A stretch of 54,354 nucleotides of DNA from Candidatus Fermentibacteraceae bacterium (lineage in GTDB: Bacteria; Fermentibacterota; Fermentibacteria; Fermentibacterales; JCC-6). The notes beneath the pieces are model-generated. The model was given only the letters and a program-made list of their open reading frames with translations. It had not been told where the DNA came from and searched no databases. Location: the NCBI GenBank assembly GCA_041686025.1, contig JAWLEP010000004.1:6156-60509 (forward strand). Direction: 5' to 3'. Position numbers and translations under genes: made by a program. Positions 37,660 through 53,200 of the stretch are shown piece after piece (position 1 is the first letter of the stretch; each line of letters starts with the position of its first letter).

Positions 37660-38078
37660 TCGGCGGCCTCCCTGTCCCGAAAGACCATCCGGGTGGGGAT
37701 GGGAAGCTTGTGTCCGGCAAGCCTGAGGGCTTCACGGGCCTTGTCGGGCCTCACGCCCTCCAGCTCGAACATCACCCGTCCGGGCTTCACCGGAGCCACC
37801 CACTCCTCCACGGCCCCCTTGCCCTTGCCCATGCGGGTCTCGGCGGGGGTGGAGGTGACCGGCTTGTCCGGGAATATCCTCACCCAGACCTTGCCGCCGC
37901 GCTTGATGTTCCTGGTGATGGCCACGCGGGCGGCCTCTATCTGGTTGCTGCTCACCCAGCCTGACTTGATGGCCTGCAGGCCGTACTCTCCGAAGGCGAC
38001 TGTGTCGCCCCCCTTGGCCCGGCCCCTCATGCGGCCGCGGTGCTGCTTCCTGTACTTCGTCCTCTTAGGCTGCAACAT
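37656..38078 (-). CDS. rplP: 50S ribosomal protein L16
   Basis: [20 protein letters not shown]. Confidence 0.98.
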   Translation of the reverse strand: MLQPKRTKYRKQHRGRMRGRAKGGDTVAFGEYGLQAIKSGWVSSNQIEAARVAITRNIKRGGKVWVRIFPDKPVTSTPAETRMGKGKGAVEEWVAPVKPGRVMFELEGVRPDKAREALRLAGHKLPIPTRMVFRDREAAE

Positions 38079-38084
38079 GCTCGA

Positions 38085-38750
38085 TCACCCGCTAACCTCT
38101 CTGGAGACGCCCTCCTGCTCCCCCAGCTGCTCGCCGTGGGAGATCCAGACCTTGACGCCTATGGTTCCGTAGGTGGTCTTGGCCGTGTGTCTGGCGAAGT
38201 CTATCTCCGCGCGCAGCGTGTGCAGGGGAACCTTGCCCTCGGCGTACTGGTTCACCCGGCGCATCTCGGCGCCTCCCAGTCTGCCTGCGCAGCAGACCCT
38301 TATGCCCTCGGCGCCGGCGCGCATGGCGTCGCTGATGGCCCTCTTCATTGCCCGGCGGACGGAAATCCTCTTCTCGATCTGCCGGGCGATGTTCTCGGCC
38401 ACCAGAATGGCGTCCAGCTCGGGCCTGCGTACCTCCTCCACCGTAATCCGCACCGCCTTGCCGCCGGTGAGGATCTTCAGCTCCTTGGTGAGCTTGTCGA
38501 TGGTGGACCCGCGGGTGCCGATCACCAGACCCGCCCTGGCGGTGTTCACCGTCAGGTTGAGCTCCTGGCGCTTGCGCTCGATCTGTATCCTCGAGATCTG
38601 CGCGCGGTCCATCTTGGTCCGGATGTAGTTGCGGATCATCATGTCTTCCTGGAGGTACTCCGCGAACTCCCGTCCCCGTGCGAACCAGGCCGAGTCCCAG
38701 TCCCGGCTTATGCCGAGCCTGAAACCGACAGGATTTGTCTTCTGACCCAA
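38085..38750 (-). CDS. rpsC: 30S ribosomal protein S3
   Basis: GQKTNPVGFRLG, GRLGGAE, PLHTLRA. Confidence 0.98.
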   Translation of the reverse strand: MGQKTNPVGFRLGISRDWDSAWFARGREFAEYLQEDMMIRNYIRTKMDRAQISRIQIERKRQELNLTVNTARAGLVIGTRGSTIDKLTKELKILTGGKAVRITVEEVRRPELDAILVAENIARQIEKRISVRRAMKRAISDAMRAGAEGIRVCCAGRLGGAEMRRVNQYAEGKVPLHTLRAEIDFARHTAKTTYGTIGVKVWISHGEQLGEQEGVSREVSG

Positions 38751-38754
38751 CTCT

Positions 38755-39126
38755 CTATCCCTCCTGTTTCAGCTCGGCGGCCTCACTGGACACCGTCACC
38801 GAGATATGGCTGGTGCGGTGCCTGATGCGGGTGGCCCGGCCTCTGGCGCGGGGCTTCCACCTCATCATCGTGGGGCCCTGGTCTACGGTTACCTTCGATA
38901 CCTTCAGCTCGTCGGCGTCCAGCGGGGACCCTCCCGCCAGCTCCACCGCGTTGGCCACGGCGGAGTCCAGTGTCTTCTCCATTATCTTCGAGGCCCTCCT
39001 GGGGACCGTAATGAGAATGGAGAGCGCCTGGTTCACGGATTTTCCGCGGATCAGGTCCGCCACCTGGCGGGCCTTTCTGGGCGACACCCTGACGAACCTG
39101 GCCTTTGCTACAGCGTCCATCTGCAT
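38755..39126 (-). CDS. rplV: 50S ribosomal protein L22
   Basis: SPRKARQVADLIRG, PRARGRA; ATG 39126 or 39120. Confidence 0.96.
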   Translation of the reverse strand: MQMDAVAKARFVRVSPRKARQVADLIRGKSVNQALSILITVPRRASKIMEKTLDSAVANAVELAGGSPLDADELKVSKVTVDQGPTMMRWKPRARGRATRIRHRTSHISVTVSSEAAELKQEG

Positions 39127-39133
39127 CACCCGC

Positions 39134-39400
39134 CTATATCGTCTGTGCTCTGTGGCCGCGGAAGGTCCGGGTGGGAGCGAACTCCCCCAGCTTGTGGCCG
39201 ACCATGTTCTCGTCAACGTACACCGGTATGAACTTCCTGCCGTTGTAGACGGCGAAGGTATGCCCGACGAACTCCGGCGGAATGGTGGAGCGCCTGGCCC
39301 AGGTCCTGATGACCTTCTTGCTGCCGGAGGCGGTCATCTCCTCCACCTTCTCGAGGAGCTTGCCGTCTACGTACGGCCCCTTCTTCAGAGATCGAGTCAC
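39134..39400 (-). CDS. rpsS: 30S ribosomal protein S19
   Basis: [18 protein letters not shown]. Confidence 0.98.
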   Translation of the reverse strand: MTRSLKKGPYVDGKLLEKVEEMTASGSKKVIRTWARRSTIPPEFVGHTFAVYNGRKFIPVYVDENMVGHKLGEFAPTRTFRGHRAQTI

Positions 39401-40243
39401 TTAGCCCCTCCTCTTTCCGGTAGGCCTCCGCCGGGTGATGTACCGGTCGGAATCCTTGCTTCTCTTTCTGGTCCGCAGGCCCTTGGCCAGCTGCCCCCAG
39501 GGCGAGCAGGGATGCCTGCCGCCGCTGGAACGGCCCTCGCCGCCCCCCATGGGGTGGTCGACGGGGTTCTTCACCACGCCTCGCACGTGCGGCCTGCGGC
39601 CCATGTGGCGGGACTTGCCCGCCTTGCCCGGGTCCGCCAGGCTGTGCTCGGCGTTGCCCACGGTGCCCATGGTGGCCATGCACCTCACGGAGACCCTGCG
39701 GTTCTCGCGGCTGGGCATCTTCAGTGTGGCGTAGCCGCCCTCGCGGGCCAGCAGCTGAACGGAGGCGCCTGCGGCGTGGGCGATCTGGCCGCCCTTGCCC
39801 GGCTTCATCTCCACGTTATGGATCATGGACCCCAGCGGTATCCTGCTCAGAGAAAGGTGGTTGCCCACCTCGGGGGGAGCGTCGGGCCCGGAGAGGACCT
39901 TCTGGCCCACCTCCAGCCTGTGGGGGGCGAGGATGTACCTCTTCTCCCCGTCGGCGTAGACCACCAGGGCTATCCTGGCGGACCTGTTGGGGTCGTACTC
40001 CACGGTGCGCACCGTTCCCGGCACGCCGTGCTTGTCTCGCCTGAAGTCTATCACCCGGTAGCGGCGCTTGTGGCCGCCCCCGCGGTTGCGGGAGGTGAGC
40101 CTCCCCTGGTTGTTCCTGCCGGCCTTCTTCTTCAGGGGCCGGAGCAGGGACTTCTCGGGCTCGTCGGTGGTTACCTCGGAGAAGTCGGGGGAGACCCTGA
40201 ACCTGCTGCCGGGGGTTACCGGCTTGGATCTCTTCATTCCCAT
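39401..40243 (-). CDS. rplB: 50S ribosomal protein L2
   Basis: [23 protein letters not shown]. Confidence 0.98.
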   Translation of the reverse strand: MGMKRSKPVTPGSRFRVSPDFSEVTTDEPEKSLLRPLKKKAGRNNQGRLTSRNRGGGHKRRYRVIDFRRDKHGVPGTVRTVEYDPNRSARIALVVYADGEKRYILAPHRLEVGQKVLSGPDAPPEVGNHLSLSRIPLGSMIHNVEMKPGKGGQIAHAAGASVQLLAREGGYATLKMPSRENRRVSVRCMATMGTVGNAEHSLADPGKAGKSRHMGRRPHVRGVVKNPVDHPMGGGEGRSSGGRHPCSPWGQLAKGLRTRKRSKDSDRYITRRRPTGKRRG

Positions 40244-40246
40244 CCT

Positions 40247-40534
40247 CTACACCCCTTCGAAGAAGTCGATGGTGTCGCCCTCGGCCAGCGCCACTATGGC
40301 CTTCTTCCAGGAAGGCCGGCGGCCGATGTTGCGTCCCATTCGCCTCAGCTTGCCCTGCACGTTCATGGTCCTGACGCCCACCACGCGGACGCCGAATATC
40401 TCCTCTATCGCTCTCGCTATCTCCCTCTTGCCGGCCCTGGGGTCCACCCGGAAGCAGTACTTGTTCTCGAGCTCCCTGACCACCGTGTACTTCTCGGTGA
40501 CCACCGGCTGAAGGATGATCTGCCTGGCGTCCAT
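40247..40534 (-). CDS. rplW: 50S ribosomal protein L23
   Basis: PVVTEK, WKKAIV. Confidence 0.96.
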   Translation of the reverse strand: MDARQIILQPVVTEKYTVVRELENKYCFRVDPRAGKREIARAIEEIFGVRVVGVRTMNVQGKLRRMGRNIGRRPSWKKAIVALAEGDTIDFFEGV

Positions 40535-41158
40535 CTACATCACCCTCCTCTTGAGGGACTCGAGAGCCCCTTCGGCCACCAGTACCACCTCGGCGTTGAC
40601 CAGCGTCCCCACGGGAACCCGGGCCGCGCTCACGGCCACCAGGTTGGGGATGTTGCGGGCGGCCCTGAAGGCCATCTCGTCATCGTCCTCCAGCAGCAGC
40701 ACCGTCAGCCGGCCGCTGCACTCCATCCCCTTCAGGAGGTCGGCCATGCTGCGGGTCCTGCCCTCTGTGGACAGGTCGCGGATTACGCGGAAGTTGCCCT
40801 CGCCCAGCCTCTCCGAGAGAATTCCGGCCAGGGCCTTCCGGCGCACCTTGCGGTTCACCTTCAGGTGGAAGCGCCGGGGCTTGGGACCGGTGGCGACTCC
40901 GCCGCCGCGCCAGATGGGGGACGCGAAGGACCCCGCCCTGGCGTTGCCCGTATGCTTCTGCCTCCATGGCTTGCGGCCGGAGGCCCTCACCTCGCTGCGC
41001 CCCCTGGTGGAGGCCAGCCCGGCGCGGGCGCCGGCCTGCTCGGCCCTCACAACCTCCCAGAGGAGATGGGTGCTCACGGCGGTGCCGAAAGCCTCCTCGG
41101 GGAGGTCCAGGGTTCCGATTTCGCTGCCGTCCATGCTGTATACCCTTGCCTCAGCCAT
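40535..41158 (-). CDS. rplD: 50S ribosomal protein L4
   Basis: RKPWRQK.TG.AR.GS..SP.WRGGG; ATG 41158. Confidence 0.96.
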   Translation of the reverse strand: MAEARVYSMDGSEIGTLDLPEEAFGTAVSTHLLWEVVRAEQAGARAGLASTRGRSEVRASGRKPWRQKHTGNARAGSFASPIWRGGGVATGPKPRRFHLKVNRKVRRKALAGILSERLGEGNFRVIRDLSTEGRTRSMADLLKGMECSGRLTVLLLEDDDEMAFRAARNIPNLVAVSAARVPVGTLVNAEVVLVAEGALESLKRRVM

Positions 41159-41163
41159 TCCGA

Positions 41164-41793
41164 TCACGCCCCTCCCCTGGAGTTCTTGCGCACCAGGAGG
41201 TATCCGTTCTTGGAGCCCGGAACGGCTCCCTTCACCACCAGCAGGTTGTTCTCGACGTCGATCTCCACGACCTCGAGGTTCCTGACCGTCACCTTCCTGC
41301 CGCCGTGCCTGCCCGGCATCTTCCGGTTCTTGTAGACCCTCGAGGGGGTGGCGCACTGACCGATGGCGCCCGGGACCCTCTTGGACTTGTTGCCGTGGGA
41401 CTCGTCGCCCCCGGAGAACCCGTGGCGCTTCACCACTCCCTGGAATCCGCGGCCCTTGGAGTAGCCGGTTACGTCCACCAGCTCGCCCTCGGCGAACATG
41501 GTCACGTCCAGCGTGTCGCCCTCCTTGACCTCGCCGTCGGGCAGCGGGACCTCCTTGAGACGGGCCACAGCGCTCGCGCCGGCCCGGGCCAGGTGCCCGG
41601 CCATGGGCCTGGTGAGCCTGCTCTCCCTCTTGGGGCTGTAGCCGATCTGCACCGCCTCGTAGCCGTCCCGCTCCGGTGTCTTCACCTGGACAACGGGGCA
41701 GGGCTCTGCCTCTAAGACGGTGACAGGCACGGACTTGCCACCTTCTCTGAATATACGGGTCATACCGACCTTGCGAGCCATCAAGCCGCTCAT
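41164..41793 (-). CDS. rplC: 50S ribosomal protein L3
   Basis: KVGMT, SKGRGFQG, VKGAVPG. Confidence 0.97.
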   Translation of the reverse strand: MSGLMARKVGMTRIFREGGKSVPVTVLEAEPCPVVQVKTPERDGYEAVQIGYSPKRESRLTRPMAGHLARAGASAVARLKEVPLPDGEVKEGDTLDVTMFAEGELVDVTGYSKGRGFQGVVKRHGFSGGDESHGNKSKRVPGAIGQCATPSRVYKNRKMPGRHGGRKVTVRNLEVVEIDVENNLLVVKGAVPGSKNGYLLVRKNSRGGA

Positions 41794-41932
41794 AGTCTCT
41801 CCCGTCGCTGAAGTCCCCTCTCGGCGGGGGGACGAGCGTTTCTGTTCTGCTCCGTCCGTCGGGCTTACCGCCTTCGCCCGGCAGTCCGGCTTTCTCTTAA
41901 CCCGGCAGGGCCGGGTCAGTAAGAAAGAAGTG

Positions 41933-42250
41933 CTAGTTGGACTTCGTCTTGACCTCTACGTCGACTCCCGCGGGAACGTCCTGCTGCCGCAGGGCCTCCG
42001 TGGTCTGCTCGTTGGGTTCGCTTATCTCCAGAAGCCGGGAGTGAACCCTTATCTCGAACTGCTCCCTGGACTTCTTGTTCACGTGGGGGCTCTTGAGCAC
42101 CGTGACCACCGATCTCCTGGTGGGCAGCGGGATCGGGCCGGCCACCTTGGCCCCGGTCTTGGCCACGGACCTTACTATGTCCGCGGCGGACCGGTCAAGG
42201 AGCCGGTGATCGTATGCCCTGAGCCTGATCCTCAGCTTCTGCTCGTTCAA
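41933..42250 (-). CDS. rpsJ: 30S ribosomal protein S10
   Basis: [27 protein letters not shown]. Confidence 0.98.
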   Translation of the reverse strand: MNEQKLRIRLRAYDHRLLDRSAADIVRSVAKTGAKVAGPIPLPTRRSVVTVLKSPHVNKKSREQFEIRVHSRLLEISEPNEQTTEALRQQDVPAGVDVEVKTKSN

Positions 42251-42295
42251 CTGCCTCTTTCCCTCTCCTGGGCAGGGCCCTTCCGGCCTTCCGGC

Positions 42296-44362
42296 TCAGA
42301 AGCCGGCCCTGATCCCCATCTTCTCCAGCAGGGCTGCCGCCACGTTCCCCGGCACCTCCCGGTACTCGCGGAACTGCATGTTGTATCCGGCATGCCCCTG
42401 TGTCAGCGAACGTAGGGCGCTAGTATAACCAAAGAGCTCTGCAAGCGGTACCCTTGCGCGGACCTCCTGGGACTCCCCCCTGGGCTCCATGGATTCCACC
42501 CTGCCTCTTCGCGCGTTTATATCACTTATCACATCACCCATGTATCGTTCGGGACACACCACGTCCACCTGCATCACCGGCTCGCGCAGGACCGGGCCCG
42601 CCATGGACACCGCCTTGCGCAGGGCGTCGCCGGCGGCGGCGCTGTATCCCAGCTCGGAGGAGTCGGTCTCGTGAAACTCCGCGTCCAGCATCTCCACCGA
42701 CATCCCGTCCATGGGGAAACCGGCCAGGGGTCCGGCCCCCACCGACCCCATGACTCCCCGCCTCACGGCTTCCACGTAGTGGTCCGGAAGCCTCTCTCCG
42801 GGCAGCCGGCTGACGAAGCTCACCCCGGACTCGACCGGGGAGACCTTCAGGACCACGCTGCCGAAGTGGCCGCGGCCCTTGATGGACCTGGCGAACTCCG
42901 CGGCGGCCTTCGCCGGCCCGGAGACGCTCTCCCGGTAGGAGACCTGGGGGTTGCCGGTCCGGACCTTAAGGCCCCGCTCCCGGCGCAGCCTCTCCGCCAC
43001 GATCTCCAGGTGCAGCTCCCCCATGCCCCTGATCAGCATCTGCCCGCTGTCCGGGTCGGCGTCGGCCTTCAGGGAGGGGTCCTCCCCCGACATCTCCGCC
43101 AAGGCCTGCTCCAGGGCCTTCTCGTCGGACGTGCTGGCCGGTTCTATGGCCATCTGCATCACCGGATCGGGGAAGTCCATGACCTCCAGCACCATGGGCG
43201 CTTCCTGGGAGGTCAGCGTGTCTCCGGTGGCCGCCGTTCTCAGCCCCGCCGCCGCGATGTCCCCCGCCCTGATGGCATCCAGGTGGCTGCGCTTCTCGGC
43301 GTGCATCCGCACCAGCCTGGTCATCCGCTCGGTCTTGCCGGTGCGGTTGTTCAGCACCGCCTGTCCGTCGTCGGCGCAGCCGGCGTAGACCCGCAGGTAG
43401 GCCAGCCGCCCCAGGTGGGGGTCGCTCTGCACCTTGAAGACCAGCGCCGTGAAGGGCTCGTCCTCCCGCCTGCGTCGGGTGGCGGGGGTGCCGTCGGGGA
43501 GCTCTCCCCGGACCTCCGTGAAGTCCAGGGGGGAGGGCAGCCAGTCCACGATGGCGTCCATCAGGCCCTGCACCCCCACGTTCTTCAGCGCCGACCCGCA
43601 GAGTACCGGCACCAGGTCTCCCTCTATGGTGGCTCCCCGCAGCAGCCGACGGACCCTGTCGGCCCCCAGCTCGCCGGCGAAGTAGAGCTCCATGGCCTCC
43701 ACGTCCCTCTCGGCCGCCTTCTCCCAGACCAGCTCCCGGGCCTCCTCGTAGCGCTCCATGTGCTCATCGGGGATGTCCACGTACTCGAACTGGGCCCCCA
43801 GGCTCTCCTCGTCGAAGTAGAGGGCCTTGCCGTCCAGCACGCTTATCACTCCCTCGAAGGAGTCGCCATGGCCCATGGGCAGAACCACCGGCAGCGGGCA
43901 GGCGCCCAGCACGTCCCGCATCATCTGCAGGGTGCCCCGGAAGTCCGCCCCCCTGCGGTCCATCTTGTTGACGAAGGCCACCCGGGGGACGCTGTACCTG
44001 TCCGCCTGATGCCACACCGTCTCCGACTGCGGCTCCACGCCGCCCACGGCGCAGAAAACCGCCACGGCTCCGTCCAGCACCCTCAGGCTGCGCTCCACCT
44101 CCACGGTGAAGTCCACGTGCCCCGGGGTGTCGATGATGTTTATCTCGTGGTCACGCCAGCTGCAGGTGGTGGCGGCGGACTGGATGGTTATGCCCCTCTC
44201 CTTCTCCTGGGGCATCCAGTCCATGGCGGCGGTGCCGTGGTCCACGTCGCCCATCCTGTGCAGCCTGCCGGTGTAGTACAGAATCCGCTCGGTGGTGGTG
44301 GTCTTGCCGGCATCGATGTGGGCCATGATGCCTATGTTGCGGATTCTCTCGGGCTTGCCCAT
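42296..44362 (-). CDS. fusA: Elongation factor G (divergent)
   Basis: [39 protein letters not shown]; str-operon position. Confidence 0.93.
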   Translation of the reverse strand: MGKPERIRNIGIMAHIDAGKTTTTERILYYTGRLHRMGDVDHGTAAMDWMPQEKERGITIQSAATTCSWRDHEINIIDTPGHVDFTVEVERSLRVLDGAVAVFCAVGGVEPQSETVWHQADRYSVPRVAFVNKMDRRGADFRGTLQMMRDVLGACPLPVVLPMGHGDSFEGVISVLDGKALYFDEESLGAQFEYVDIPDEHMERYEEARELVWEKAAERDVEAMELYFAGELGADRVRRLLRGATIEGDLVPVLCGSALKNVGVQGLMDAIVDWLPSPLDFTEVRGELPDGTPATRRRREDEPFTALVFKVQSDPHLGRLAYLRVYAGCADDGQAVLNNRTGKTERMTRLVRMHAEKRSHLDAIRAGDIAAAGLRTAATGDTLTSQEAPMVLEVMDFPDPVMQMAIEPASTSDEKALEQALAEMSGEDPSLKADADPDSGQMLIRGMGELHLEIVAERLRRERGLKVRTGNPQVSYRESVSGPAKAAAEFARSIKGRGHFGSVVLKVSPVESGVSFVSRLPGERLPDHYVEAVRRGVMGSVGAGPLAGFPMDGMSVEMLDAEFHETDSSELGYSAAAGDALRKAVSMAGPVLREPVMQVDVVCPERYMGDVISDINARRGRVESMEPRGESQEVRARVPLAELFGYTSALRSLTQGHAGYNMQFREYREVPGNVAAALLEKMGIRAGF

Positions 44363-44448
44363 CCGGGTTCGGCTCCTTCAGCGTCTGTGAGGCCCAAAGC
44401 CTTTGCCGCAGCCGCCGGGGAGCTCCGGGGGCCAGCCCCGGAAGGGTC

Positions 44449-44922
44449 CTACCAGCGGTAGTGGGCAAAGGCCTTGTTGGCCTCGGCCATTCTGTGCGTG
44501 TCTTCCCTCTTCTTCACGCTTCCGGCGTTCTCGCCCTTGGAAGCGTCTACCAGCTCCGCCGCCAGCTTGTCCGACAGGGTGTTGCCCCTGCGGGCCGACG
44601 CGAAGCTCACTATCCATCTGAGGGCCAGGGAATCGCGCTCCCGGGGCCGCACCTCCATGGGTACCTGGTAGGTGGAGCCTCCAACCCTCCTGGACTTCAC
44701 CTTCAGCGAGGGCCTGACGTTCTTCATGGCCCTGTTGAAGACTGTGACCGGGTCCTTGCCCGTCTTCTCGGCGATGACGTCGAAGGCGTTGTAGACGATG
44801 CCCTCGGCCTTCGCCCTCTTGCCGTCGATCATCACCTTGCTGATCAGCTTCGAGACCAGAAGGTTGCCGAACTTGCGGTCCGGCGTCTCCTCACGCCTCT
44901 TTGGCCTTGATCTCCTTGCCAT
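44449..44922 (-). CDS. rpsG: 30S ribosomal protein S7
   Basis: SRRVGGSTYQVP, HRMAEANKAFAHYRW. Confidence 0.98.
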   Translation of the reverse strand: MARRSRPKRREETPDRKFGNLLVSKLISKVMIDGKRAKAEGIVYNAFDVIAEKTGKDPVTVFNRAMKNVRPSLKVKSRRVGGSTYQVPMEVRPRERDSLALRWIVSFASARRGNTLSDKLAAELVDASKGENAGSVKKREDTHRMAEANKAFAHYRW

Positions 44923-44990
44923 TGATCCTCCCGGCCTCCCTCTGGGGAGGCTTCCTATTTCTGTCAGACGGCCGGGTTACGGCGCGGGCG

Positions 44991-45362
44991 CTAGCCCGAC
45001 TTCTTGGTGCCGTACTTCGACCTGCCCTGACTCCTGCCCTCTACGCCGGCGGTGTCCTCTACTCCCCTTATGATGTGGTAGCGAACGCCGGGAAGGTCCT
45101 TTACCCTTCCGCCCCTCACGAGCACCACCGAGTGCTCGTTGAGGTTGTGGCCCTCGCCGGGGATGTAGGCCGTTACCTCGAAGCCGTTGCGAAGACGCAC
45201 CCTGGCAACTTTTCGCAGGGCCGAGTTCGGCTTCTTCGGCGTGGAGGTGTACACGCGGGTGCAGATGCCCTTCTTCTGCGGACACCGCTGAAGAGCAGGC
45301 GCCTTGCGCTTCTTGACCTGCTTCTTCCGCCCCTTGCGTACAAGCTGGTTTATGGTCGGCAA
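44991..45362 (-). CDS. rpsL: 30S ribosomal protein S12
   Basis: [26 protein letters not shown]. Confidence 0.98.
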   Translation of the reverse strand: MPTINQLVRKGRKKQVKKRKAPALQRCPQKKGICTRVYTSTPKKPNSALRKVARVRLRNGFEVTAYIPGEGHNLNEHSVVLVRGGRVKDLPGVRYHIIRGVEDTAGVEGRSQGRSKYGTKKSG

Positions 45363-45382
45363 ATCAACTCCTTTCGGTGCAC

Positions 45383-45428
45383 AAAAGATCCCCCCGCGCC
45401 CGCAGATAGCCCTCTGCGGGCGGAAGGG
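45383..45428 (-). terminator. Terminator/attenuator-like hairpin between rpoC and rpsL
   Basis: CGCCCGCAGA-N6-TCTGCGGGCG stem (extendable by CCCTTC/GGGGGG), followed by ATCTTTTG. Confidence 0.55.
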
Positions 45429-45436
45429 CTGTTACC

Positions 45437-50203
<4,767 letters not shown>

Positions 50204-53200
50204 CTAGTTCTCCTCCTCGGTAACTAGCTCCACGTCCAGGGCCAGGCTCCTCATCTCGTTGAGCAGGACGTTGAATGACTCCGGCGTGGTGGGCAGACCG
50301 ATGTTCTCGCCGTTGACCATGGCGCTGTAGGCCCGGGACCTGCCCTCTGTATCGTCTGATTTCACGGTAAGCATCTCTCGCAGCGTGTGCGCCGCACCGT
50401 AGGCCTCCAGGGCCCAGACCTCCATCTCGCCCAGCCTCTGGCCGCCGTTCTGGGCCTTTCCGCCCAGGGGCTGCTGGGTCACCATGGCGTACGGTCCCGT
50501 GGAGCGGGAGTGTATCTTGTCCTCCACCTGGTGGGCCAGCTTCAGCATGTACATGTGGCCCACGGTTACCCGCTCGTCCACCGGCTCTCCGGTGAGGCCG
50601 TCGAAGAGGACGGTCTTGCCGTCCTCGGGAAGGTCGGCCTCTGCCAGGGCCTCCCTCACCTCCTCGTTGGAGGCGGAGTTGAACACCGGGGTGACGGCGT
50701 CGAAGCCCAGCTTCTTCGCGGCCCATCCCAGGTTGGTCTCCATTATCTGCCCCACGTTCATGCGGCTGGGAACGCCCAGCGGGTTGAGGCAGATGTCCAC
50801 GGGAGTGCCGTCGGGGAGATAGGGCATGTCCTCCTCGGGGACCACTATGCTCACCACTCCCTTGTTGCCGTGCCTTCCGGCCATCTTGTCGCCGATGCGC
50901 AGCTTGCGGCGCCGGGCGATGTAGACCTTCACCAGCTTGATGATCCCGGGCTTGAGGTCGTCGCCGCGGTTCACGCGGTCCTCGGCGTCCTCGGCGTCCT
51001 CGGCGATCTTGCGCAGCATCTTGGCCGCCCGGCGGAGCACAAGCCTCGCCTTGTCGTCGGCCTCCAGGTCCTCCACCAGCTGCTGGTCGGGGTCCACGTC
51101 GCTGAAGTCGATCTTCTTCAGGGCGGTGGCGGAGATCTTCCTGCCCGCGGGCACCAGCACCTCTCCGGTGAGAGTGTCCACGATGCTCACCGCCTTCTTC
51201 CCCTTGATCAGCTCGGCCAGCAGGTTGTCGCGCTCCTCGGCCAGCCTGCGCTCGCGGTCCTCCCGCTCGGCCCGTATCCGGTCGATCTTCTGCTCGGCCA
51301 GCCTGCGGCCGCGGTCGGAGCGGTCCTTGCGGGAGTAGACCTTGACGTCGATGACGACTCCGTCCATTCCTGTGGGGGCCTTCAGGGAGGCGTCCTTCAC
51401 GTCTCCCGCCTTCTGGCCGAAGATGGCCCGGATCAGGCGCTCCTCCGGGGAGAGGTCCTGCTCGCCCTTGGGAGTGACCTTCCCCACCAGAATGTCGCCC
51501 TCGTGCACCCGGCTTCCTATCTTGATGATGCCGTCGTCGTCCAGGTTCTCCTTGGCCTTCTCGCCCACGTTGGGAATCTCGCGGGTGAGCTCCTCGGGGC
51601 CCAGCTTGGTCTCGCGGAACTCGGTATCCATCTCCACGATGTGGACCGAGGAGAAGATGTCCTTCTTCAGCAGCCGCTCGCTGACGACTATGGCGTCCTC
51701 GAAGTTGTAGCCGTTCCAGGGGGTGAAGGCCACCAGGGCGTTCACGCCCAGGGCCAGCCTGGCATCCTTGGTGGCCATGCCGTCGGCCAGGGGCTGCCCC
51801 GTCTCCACCCGGTCGCCCACCTTCACCAGGGGCCTCTGGTTGATGCAGGTGTCCTGGTTGCTGCGGACGAACTTGCTCAGCCGGTAGGAGTCGAACTTCT
51901 CGAAGTCGTACTTGTCGGTGTCGGCGCGGACCACCACCTTGCCGGAGTCCACGTGGTGAACCACCCCCGGCCTGCTGGCCATAACCAGGGCCCCGGAGTC
52001 CCTGGCCGCCAGGTCCTCCATGCCGGTGCCCACCACCGGGTACTCCGTGTGCAGCAGCGGAACCGCCTGCCTCATCATGTTCGACCCCATCAGTGCGCGG
52101 TTGGCGTCATCGTGCTCCAGGAAGGGGATAAGGGCCGCGGAGACTCCCACCAGCTGCTGCGGCGACACGTCTATGAACTCCACCTCCTCGGGCCGAACCA
52201 TGGGGAAGGTGCCGGCGCGCCTGGCCCGGACGAACTCCCCGGTGAGGTTGCCCCCGGAGTCGATCTCGGCGTCGGCCTCGGCTATGGTGGTGCGGTCCTC
52301 GCGGTCGGCGGAGAGGTAGACCACCTCCTCGGTGACATGACCGTCCACCACCCTGCGGTAGGGGGTCTCCAGGAAGCCGAACCGGTTGATGGTGGCGAAC
52401 ACCGCCAGGGTGGTGATCAGACCGATGTTGGGGCCCTCAGGGGTCTCCACCGGGCAGACCCGGCCGTAGTGGGTGTGGTGGACGTCACGGACGTCGAAGC
52501 CCGCCCGCTCCCGGGTGAGGCCGCCCTCTCCCAGGGCGCTGGTGCGCCGCTTGTGGGTCAGCTCGGCCAGCGGGTTGGTCTGCTCCATGAACTGCGACAG
52601 CTGGCTGGAGCCGAAGAAGGTGGTGATCACGCTGGAGAGGGTGCGGGAGTTCACCAGGTCGTGGGGGGTGAGCTTCTCGCGGTCCTGGTGCCCCATCCGG
52701 TCACGGATGGTGCGGGACATCCGGCTGAGGCCCTTGGAGAACTCCTGGCCCATCAGCTCGCCCACGGTCTTCACCCTGCGGTTGCCCAGGTGGTCGATGT
52801 CGTCGGCGCTGATCTTGCCCTCCCGGAGCCTGATCAGGTTGTCCACTATGGCCACCAGGTCCTCCACGCTAAGCGTCAGCTTGTCCATGGGGGTGTCGAT
52901 GTTAAGCCGCTCGTTGACCTTGTACCTGCCCACCTCGCTGAGGCTGTAGCGCTTGGAGTCGAAGAACATCGACCGCAGGTAGCTGCGGGCGTGGTCCAGC
53001 GACGGCGCTTCCGTACCGCGCAGGGCCTCGTATATCCACAGGGTGGCCTCGTCCTCGGACTTCTCCGCGCCGGCGCCCAGGCTGCTCTCCTCCTTGGTCA
53101 GCGTCTTGCGGATGCCGTCGAAGTCGGTCTTCTCGGAGCGGGAGCCCAGGAACTTGGCCTTCTCGATGCCGTGCTCCACCAGCATCTCCAGCTTCTCGGC

